From positions 1 through 32,000 of the forward strand of contig JAZRKN010000014.1 of assembly GCA_045646345.1 (NCBI GenBank): a stretch of 32,000 bases of DNA, read 5' to 3'. Source of the DNA: Candidatus Scatovivens sp. (GTDB lineage Bacteria; Bacillota; Clostridia; TANB77; CAG-508). Positions within the stretch are counted from its first letter, which is position 1, and each line of letters opens with the position of its first letter. The position numbers and the translations under genes are program-made. This document shows, one piece after another, positions 18,647-24,044 of this stretch. The notes beneath the pieces were generated by a model. The model did no database searches, had not been told where the DNA came from, and worked only from the letters and a program-made list of their open reading frames with translations.

Positions 18647-19205
18647 TTAGTCATCAGCTGGTTCTTGTCCGCCTTTTTTCTTGTCATCCCATTCAGCTTT
18701 ATGTTCTTCCCACCATGCAGGGAAATTAGGATCTTTAGGTGAAAGAGTTGGAGTGATTCCAACGTTTTGAAAACCAGAATTTCCATATATGTTAAACGGA
18801 TATATAGTATCCGAACCTACACCTAAATGGAAAAATTGCATTAATATTCCGTTTATTTTCTGTCCAGATATTTCTTGTGTAATTAGTCATTACATTATCA
18901 ACATTGTCTTTTTCTATACTAATTGTATTACTATGTTCGTGAGTTGTGGCTAATTGGCCATATAAATATCTAATGTGTTTTAAGTTTTCTAATAATTTTT
19001 TCTTATCAAATAAAATTGGATTAGAATCTTCTTGATAACCAAATTTTTTTTGTTGTAAAATGCTTTTTATATATTCTGTAGTTGATTCTGTTGCTAAACA
19101 CCTATTAAATATTGCTTGTACATTTCCTTCTGTTAGTTCTATAGGTTGAAAACTATCATTATTATGCTGTTCGTTATATTTTTTTAATTTATCTTTTAAC
19201 CCCAT
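18647..19205 (-). pseudogene. Hypothetical gene split by a +1 frameshift (or affected by a sequencing error or recoding)
   Basis: The ATG at 19205 has a GGAGA RBS and opens a 137-codon frame ending at 18792. A second frame, 18647-18841, overlaps it by 50 nt, has no RBS of its own and continues to a terminator. The junction contains the homopolymers GAAAATAAAC and CAATTTTTCC. Confidence 0.55.
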
Positions 19206-19257
19206 AATAAAATCTCCTTTATAAAAACTAATTACAGTGTAACACAAATTATGTAAA

Positions 19258-19322
19258 TAATCAAGAAAAATGTTACATAAATGATAATAAAGTGTAATTG
19301 TAATCAAGAAAAACTTAACATA
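19258..19322. repeat. Two 22-bp direct repeats, 43 bp apart, in a divergent promoter region
   Basis: TAATCAAGAAAAATGTTACATA (19258-19279) and TAATCAAGAAAAACTTAACATA (19301-19322). They match at 19 of 22 positions, and the first 13 nt are identical. Confidence 0.7.
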
Positions 19323-19365
19323 CAATGTATATGTAAAAATAGATACAAAGGAAGATGTTTGTATT

Positions 19366-21240
19366 ATGGAACAAGGAAATCCAAATAAAGTAAGTGCTAT
19401 TGTTGATGAAATAGTTAGAAATAATGCTATGTTTAAGTTAAAGTCTCCTATAGAAAGAGATAAAGAAAAATATTCTATGGAGAAAAGCATTAACACAGCG
19501 TTATCAGAACTAAATGAAACAGGAAAAGAACTAGTATTAGAAGAATTAGCTGTGAACCCTGATGAAAAGTTTAAAGGGTTTATTGATAATGCCGGAAACA
19601 TAGATATATCAGGAATATTAAAATTTACTTCAGCCGTTGTAAAAGTAAAAATAGAAGAAGCACAAAGAGAAGGTATAAATTTAAGAAAAGATGGACCAGG
19701 AATTGTAAATGGTACAAATTTTAAACCAGAAGACGTAATTGCAATGGCTGCAATTGGTGAAATGATTTCAAATTATGAAAATTTAACTGATAAGCAAAAA
19801 GCCAGTTTATTTAATGAGAAAATTTATATGGCAATGTCAAATGAAGATAGAAGAAGATTAAACGATAAAGTATATGAAGAAGCTAGTAAAAAAGATTTAT
19901 CGGATAAAGAAAGAAGAAAAGTAGAAAGACTAAGAAGAGAAACATTAATAAATGAAGCATATTTAGATATTATAGAAAAGAATCCAAATCTTTCATTTGA
20001 ACAAATTTCAGCGGAAATTGAAAGAAGACATCCAGAGCTTAGCGAAAAAGAAATAAGAGAGCAATGTAAAAAATATCATAGAGATGATAGAACGTCACAA
20101 GAAAATAGTAATGCTGCGAAGAAATCAACTTATGAAAACACAACGAGCATAACAGCTATTACCGTTAAACATCAATATAATAATTTAGTAAAAAAAGGTT
20201 TGGTCAGAGAAGCGGAAGAGTATATATTAAGTTATAAAGATGAGATACCTGAAATAGATAGATATTATCATAAGATGAAAGAAAGTGGAGCCATTACTAT
20301 TGAGCAAGATACAGGTAATGATTTAGAAACACAAACAGTACAACTTGAAGCAAGAGAAGATAATGTTAGTAATGAAGATAAAAATAATGCATTGGCAGAA
20401 TTTAAAAATGAAGCTCAAACGATTAACAATGCACTGGAAGAGAAAAAAATAGATATACAAAATGAAATTATAGCTCAACTAACAACAATATATGAAAAAG
20501 AAGGGCAGACTATAGAAGATAAAAATATAGCTATATCAATATATGCGGACTTTTTAAAAGAAATTGACGAGGAGGTAATTGCTGATTTTAAAAATAAAAG
20601 TGAAGATGAATTAATTGATTTTATGAAAAAATATTTTGAAGATTTTAAAGATAATATGTCTTCAAATAGCTTTGAAATATTACAAGGATTAGCTCAAAAT
20701 ACTTTCGGAGGAAACTTATATAAATTGTTAACTAACAAACAAATGTTGGAAGAAGTTCTTTTGCCAACATTAAACTCCGAAATGGAAAGATTAGGATCTA
20801 GTCAAGAACTAGAAGTAGTCACAGCACAAGAAAAATCAAAAAATGAAGAAGATGTAACTCCGATAACTGACACAGATGTCGAACAAGGAGTAAGACAAGG
20901 AACACTTAAACAAGAAGATTTAATTGTAGATACAGCAAGTGTTCGTACAGCTCAAAATGAGGAAGAAGGAAGAGTAAATGTTGAAATTCTTAACACAGAA
21001 CAAGCTGAGCAAGGAGTAAATTCAAAACCATTTAAAAATGTAAGTGCTTTTATGGGAATCATAGGAGATGAAAAAGATAATGTGGCAGAAAGTGATTTAG
21101 AAGAAACTCTTGCTGAGTTAGAAACAGCAGCACAAATGATAGAACAAGACCTACAAGTAACTCAAGGAAATATAGGCAATCCACAAACAAATTTAAATCA
21201 AGAACAAACAATTAAAGAAGATGAAGGTATAGAGCAATAA
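19366..21240 (+). CDS. Hypothetical 624-aa highly acidic, Glu/Lys/Asn-rich protein
   Basis: Long uninterrupted ORF with an AAGGAAG RBS-like element upstream and a terminator downstream. No signal peptide or TM segment and no recognisable domain. It contains coiled-coil-like and low-complexity stretches. Confidence 0.7.
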   Translation: MEQGNPNKVSAIVDEIVRNNAMFKLKSPIERDKEKYSMEKSINTALSELNETGKELVLEELAVNPDEKFKGFIDNAGNIDISGILKFTSAVVKVKIEEAQREGINLRKDGPGIVNGTNFKPEDVIAMAAIGEMISNYENLTDKQKASLFNEKIYMAMSNEDRRRLNDKVYEEASKKDLSDKERRKVERLRRETLINEAYLDIIEKNPNLSFEQISAEIERRHPELSEKEIREQCKKYHRDDRTSQENSNAAKKSTYENTTSITAITVKHQYNNLVKKGLVREAEEYILSYKDEIPEIDRYYHKMKESGAITIEQDTGNDLETQTVQLEAREDNVSNEDKNNALAEFKNEAQTINNALEEKKIDIQNEIIAQLTTIYEKEGQTIEDKNIAISIYADFLKEIDEEVIADFKNKSEDELIDFMKKYFEDFKDNMSSNSFEILQGLAQNTFGGNLYKLLTNKQMLEEVLLPTLNSEMERLGSSQELEVVTAQEKSKNEEDVTPITDTDVEQGVRQGTLKQEDLIVDTASVRTAQNEEEGRVNVEILNTEQAEQGVNSKPFKNVSAFMGIIGDEKDNVAESDLEETLAELETAAQMIEQDLQVTQGNIGNPQTNLNQEQTIKEDEGIEQ

Positions 21241-21247
21241 TAAAAAC

Positions 21248-21278
21248 AAAAAATCCAACTTTTATGTTGGATTTTTTT
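21248..21278. terminator. Bidirectional terminator between convergent genes
   Basis: ATCCAAC-TTTTAT-GTTGGAT stem flanked by an A-run and a T-run. The stop codon of the minus-strand gene lies in the loop. Confidence 0.75.
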
Positions 21279-21774
21279 CTTTATTAAATATTTTAAATAT
21301 AAAGTTCTTAATTGATGTAAACATCTTCTTATACCAAGGCAAATTATTATAATCTACTGGTAAAGCAGATGGATCTGATTTAACTTCTACAGTTGTATTT
21401 AAATTTATTTCTGTAGTAGTTGCTGTTTTATTATTAAAGATATTCTCTGGATTGTATTTTTCACGTAATTCTTTTTGTTTTTGTTTTTCGTTTTCTGCTA
21501 AAATAGCTTTTATTTGAGATTTCTCTTCTTCTGTTTCACACCAATAGTTTAATGAAAGTAGAGCTATAAGTGCAGCAGTTTTTTTAGAAACATTTTGGTC
21601 TTCTAAAGGAAGATTACTATCTAAATGTTTTTCATAAGTATCAAGAGCATAAGTATTAAAGATAGTCATAAGTTTTTTTGGAATTTTACTTACTAAGCTA
21701 TCATCTGTAAATGACAGAATTTCTAATAATTCTGCATAAGCATATGCTTGATCGGGCTTAATTTGAATTGCCAT
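21262..21774 (-). CDS. Hypothetical 170-aa protein
   Basis: This is the second gene of a two-gene minus-strand operon. The N-terminal helical domain reads ELLEILSFTDDSLVSKIPKKLMTIF...ALIALLSLNYWCETEEEK. It resembles uncharacterised clostridial proteins I recall only vaguely, so I give no family name. Confidence 0.7.
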   Translation of the reverse strand: MAIQIKPDQAYAYAELLEILSFTDDSLVSKIPKKLMTIFNTYALDTYEKHLDSNLPLEDQNVSKKTAALIALLSLNYWCETEEEKSQIKAILAENEKQKQKELREKYNPENIFNNKTATTTEINLNTTVEVKSDPSALPVDYNNLPWYKKMFTSIKNFIFKIFNKEKNPT

Positions 21775-21813
21775 TTATCTACTTGTCCTTTCATTAAAAT
21801 CTTTTGTTTGGTA

Positions 21814-22539
21814 TTACATTGTTCTATCTTCTGGTTCTGTTTTGGTATCTGTTGTTCTTGGAGTTGTCTTTTTTGGTTGTGGTATATAAATTTTTTGTTG
21901 AGTATTTTCAACAGTTAAATTTTCTGTCTTCAAAGGTGATTGGGCTGCTTCTTGAGTTCCTTTTTTTGGTAAATCGAATGAATCATCTAATTCGATTTCT
22001 GCTGAATCAGGAACATCCAAAATTTCTTCGCTATTTGTAAGTTCTTGAGGTTTTCTTGAATTATCGATAAGTGTTCTTGGTTGCGATTGTTGATCATTTT
22101 TTAATCTTTCTACAGCAATTTGTGCTGGAGTTTTATGATGTATGATAGCTTGTAATTGCTCTGGAGTAACAGTTTGATCAAGTTGTTGTTTTGTAGATTG
22201 ACTAATTGTTTGAACTTTAAGTCTATTTGGTGATGATTTAGCATTAATTTTGTCTGCTCTTTTCTTTTGATGATTTTCAAAAGCTGTTACAAGTCTTGCT
22301 CTTAAAGATTTTTTATCTGTAGCTTCCAGCGGATCTTTTGACGTAGTTTGATATCCTTTTGTATTTGTTGTATTATCTCCAAGTAATAATTGTCCTGGTT
22401 TGATTAATTTCATTTTTTGTAGTAATTCAGAGACTTTTTTCATTGCATTAGAAAAAGGGTTAGATGTATCTATGTCATGTATATAGCCAGTTTTGTCTTG
22501 ATTTAATTCTTTGTTTGGATCATTTTCTAGATTATCCAT
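21814..22539 (-). CDS. Hypothetical 241-aa Gln/Thr/Pro/Lys-rich, probably disordered protein
   Basis: The ATG at 22539 follows AAAGGGGG. The ORF-track start at 22605 would overlap the predicted promoter. Composition is low-complexity with no TM segment and no recognisable domain. Confidence 0.6.
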   Translation of the reverse strand: MDNLENDPNKELNQDKTGYIHDIDTSNPFSNAMKKVSELLQKMKLIKPGQLLLGDNTTNTKGYQTTSKDPLEATDKKSLRARLVTAFENHQKKRADKINAKSSPNRLKVQTISQSTKQQLDQTVTPEQLQAIIHHKTPAQIAVERLKNDQQSQPRTLIDNSRKPQELTNSEEILDVPDSAEIELDDSFDLPKKGTQEAAQSPLKTENLTVENTQQKIYIPQPKKTTPRTTDTKTEPEDRTM

Positions 22540-22576
22540 AAATCTAATACCCCCTTTTACTCCAATATATACTATT

Positions 22577-22605
22577 ATTTTATACATAACCGATCTAAAG
22601 TGCAA
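22577..22605 (-). promoter_or_regulatory. Sigma-A promoter of the 241-aa/170-aa operon
   Basis: The minus strand reads TTGCAC, 17 nt, TAAAAT. Confidence 0.5.
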
Positions 22606-22692
22606 TAAAATTACAAAAATTTAACCAAAATGACATATTTGGAGGTAATAATTAAAAAATAAAAAAGAAGATAAAAAAATAAAGTCATGGAT

Positions 22693-22722
22693 TTGACTTT
22701 AGAGTAAATAACATATTATAAT
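22693..22722 (+). promoter_or_regulatory. Sigma-A promoter of candidate small RNA A
   Basis: TTGACT (22693-22698), 18 nt, TATAAT (22717-22722). Confidence 0.6.
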
Positions 22723-22727
22723 AAAGA

Positions 22728-22840
22728 ATAAGGACACCAAAATTCAATTAGAATTTTGATGTGTTCCTTTGGAAAAATGAAAAGTCTTCCATTTAATCTG
22801 AGGGGTTGAGTCAGATTAGTAAAAGTGGAAGACTTTTTTT
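22728..22840 (+). ncRNA. Candidate convergent small RNA A (about 110 nt)
   Basis: Its own consensus promoter is followed by a 5' box GAATAAGGAC. A hairpin at 22730-22769 pairs AAGGACACCAAAATTC with GAATTTTGATGTGTTCCTT. A terminator follows at 22784-22840. It carries no credible ORF and ends 10 nt from the stop codon of the opposing ORF. Confidence 0.55.
22784..22840. terminator. Bidirectional terminator shared by small RNA A and the cassette-1 ORF
   Basis: The outer stem is GTCTTCCA / TGGAAGAC and the inner stem TAATCTGA / TCAGATTA. T7 follows on the plus strand and TTTTCATTTTT on the minus strand. Confidence 0.75.
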
Positions 22841-22849
22841 ATGTAAAAA

Positions 22850-23152
22850 CTAGTCGTTAGTTATTTTTTCAAGCGTAACATAAGAGTCTAAAATTTTGTG
22901 ATCATATCGATTGAATTTAGCTAAATAATTAAAAAGTTCTTGATTGATTTTTCTCATAATGTTTTTTAATTCATGTCTTTCAATTGCAGAAATTGACTTA
23001 TTATATTGTTCGACAATGCATTTGATAATTTCTTGAATGACAGTATAGCTAATATCTTTGTCTTGCTTTTCTTTTTTGCTTTCACTTATTGTTTCAATGT
23101 GTTTTTTTATAATAATATGAATTAAATATACATCAGTATCATTTTTCTTCAT
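22850..23152 (-). CDS. Hypothetical 100-aa helical protein, cassette 1
   Basis: The ATG at 23152 lies 7 nt after an AAAGGAGGAA RBS. The ORF-track start at 23191 falls inside the leader hairpin. The protein is hydrophilic with no TM segment. It is paralogous to the 99-aa ORF at 23492-23791, sharing IHxIIxxH[IL]xT[IL]xE, DKxxxY, KCxV and FxYL. Confidence 0.7.
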   Translation of the reverse strand: MKKNDTDVYLIHIIIKKHIETISESKKEKQDKDISYTVIQEIIKCIVEQYNKSISAIERHELKNIMRKINQELFNYLAKFNRYDHKILDSYVTLEKITND

Positions 23153-23161
23153 AAGTATTCC

Positions 23162-23185
23162 TCCTTTAAAACCTAATTTAAAGGA
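23162..23185 (-). promoter_or_regulatory. SD-sequestering hairpin in the cassette-1 leader
   Basis: The mRNA sense reads TCCTTTAAA-TTAGGT-TTTAAAGGA, a perfect 9-bp stem. The 3' arm is the 5' half of the Shine-Dalgarno sequence AAAGGAGGAA. Confidence 0.55.
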
Positions 23186-23260
23186 ACACATTTTGAAACT
23201 CTAATCTGAATCAATATCCTTATTCAATTTTCAAATGTTTGACAAATATCAAACACCAAC

Positions 23261-23289
23261 ATTATAGCACAACGGTTGACATAAGTCAA
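23261..23289 (-). promoter_or_regulatory. Sigma-A promoter of the cassette-1 mRNA
   Basis: The minus strand reads TTGACT, 17 nt, TATAAT. The -35 box lies inside the palindrome GTTGACATAAGTCAA. Confidence 0.7.
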
Positions 23290-23314
23290 AAGGTAAAAAA
23301 ATAAAGCCAATAAA

Positions 23315-23343
23315 TTGACTTTTTAATAGGGCAAAATTATAAT
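23315..23343 (+). promoter_or_regulatory. Sigma-A promoter of candidate small RNA B
   Basis: TTGACT (23315-23320), 17 nt, TATAAT (23338-23343). Confidence 0.65.
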
Positions 23344-23349
23344 ATGAAT

Positions 23350-23458
23350 AAGGACATCAAAATTCATTACGAATTTTGATGTATATCCTAAATATGGAAA
23401 ATCTTCCAAGTATCATCGGAAACATGGGTGGTCTCAGATGTTTGGAAGATTTTTTTTA
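23350..23458 (+). ncRNA. Candidate convergent small RNA B (about 110 nt)
   Basis: The 5' box TGAATAAGGACAT is followed by a hairpin pairing ACATCAAAATTC with GAATTTTGATGT. The terminator pairs ATCTTCCAA with TTGGAAGAT and ends in T8. It has the same layout as RNA A, with base changes that preserve the hairpin. Confidence 0.55.
23401..23458. terminator. Terminator of small RNA B, possibly also used by the cassette-2 ORF
   Basis: 9-bp outer stem plus an inner CATC/GATG pairing, then T8 on the plus strand. The minus-strand U-tract (TTTCCATATTT) is weak. Confidence 0.65.
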
Positions 23459-23491
23459 TTTATTGCAATATCAATGATTGATAGTTATTTT

Positions 23492-23791
23492 CTAGATTGA
23501 AGTAAGTAATTCGTATAATTCGGTTACATTTGAATCCCAAGGATTATCAATTAAGTAAACAAAAAAAGATTCTTTAACTCGATATATAGTAAAGTGAATT
23601 TCTAAGTTGATTGGTGTTAAAATAAATTTGTTTTTATTATCCGAATAGTGTCTCATTAATTTGTAGACAGCACATTTTAGCATGTCATACTCCAATAGTT
23701 TGTCATCATCTGATAGCTCAACTTCCTTAAGTGTTCTTAAATGTGTATTTATAATTTTGTGTATATTTTTAATTTCTTTAGTTTTTTCCAT
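23492..23791 (-). CDS. Hypothetical 99-aa helical protein, cassette 2 (paralogue of 22850-23152)
   Basis: The ATG at 23791 lies 4 nt after a TAGGAGGAA RBS. It has its own promoter and leader, is hydrophilic and belongs to no recognisable family. Confidence 0.7.
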   Translation of the reverse strand: MEKTKEIKNIHKIINTHLRTLKEVELSDDDKLLEYDMLKCAVYKLMRHYSDNKNKFILTPINLEIHFTIYRVKESFFVYLIDNPWDSNVTELYELLTSI

Positions 23792-23906
23792 AAAATTCCT
23801 CCTAAAATAAAATTAAAAAACATACTTATGAGTACACACCAAAAACTCTTATCTGAACCCATGTCCTTATTCAATTTTTAAATGTTTGGAAACCAAACAT
23901 GCAATT

Positions 23907-23935
23907 AGTATAGCACAAAAGTTGACATAAGTCAA
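23907..23935 (-). promoter_or_regulatory. Sigma-A promoter of the cassette-2 mRNA
   Basis: The minus strand reads TTGACT, 17 nt, TATACT. The -35 box sits in the same palindrome as in cassette 1. Confidence 0.65.
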
Positions 23936-23982
23936 AAAACAAGGCGATTAAATCTACAAAAATAAAATTTTACATAAAACAT

Positions 23983-24011
23983 TTGAAATATATAGAAAAA
24001 TACTGTATAAT
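23983..24011 (+). promoter_or_regulatory. Sigma-A promoter of the ABC-F gene
   Basis: TTGAAA (23983-23988), 17 nt, TATAAT (24006-24011), with TG directly upstream of the -10 (extended -10). Confidence 0.6.
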
Positions 24012-24044
24012 AGAATGGTTAAAAATATTAGGAGGTTTTTTATA

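Larger units (their letters stand above)
22672..23937 (-). repeat. Two tandem copies (period about 640 bp) of a cassette: promoter, leader, small ORF, terminator and convergent RNA
   Basis: Unit 1 spans about 22672-23291 and unit 2 about 23292-23937. Shared non-coding blocks include TAAAAAAATAAAG(T/C)CA..A(T/A)TTGACTTT, GAATAAGGAC, GTTGACATAAGTCAAAA (17/17 identical at 23275-23291 and 23921-23937) and TATAGCACAA. The two ORFs are diverged paralogues. Confidence 0.8.

Noticed and set aside
19206-19601. The N-terminal 132-codon extension of the ORF-track entry 18792-19601 (269 aa).
   Set aside because: The extension runs through the divergent promoter region and antisense to the start of the 19366 gene. 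It is hydrophobic and low-complexity, and it has no RBS. A GGAGA RBS precedes the internal ATG at 19205.
22779-23468. Mini-ORFs inside the candidate small RNAs: MKSLPFNLRG at 22779-22811 and MENLPSIIGNMGGLRCLEDFFYLLQYQ at 23394-23477.
   Set aside because: Neither has a convincing Shine-Dalgarno sequence. The reading frames run through the terminator stems, and in the second case past the terminator. The shared M-x-x-LP start is explained by the conserved terminator stem sequence TCTTCCA.
22672-23937. A classical type I or type III toxin-antitoxin assignment for the cassettes.
   Set aside because: Type I toxins are small hydrophobic peptides, whereas these ORFs are about 100 aa and hydrophilic. 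Type III loci have tandem RNA repeats upstream of the toxin gene, and none occur here. Only the convergent-RNA architecture is reminiscent, so I report it as an analogy and not as a call.
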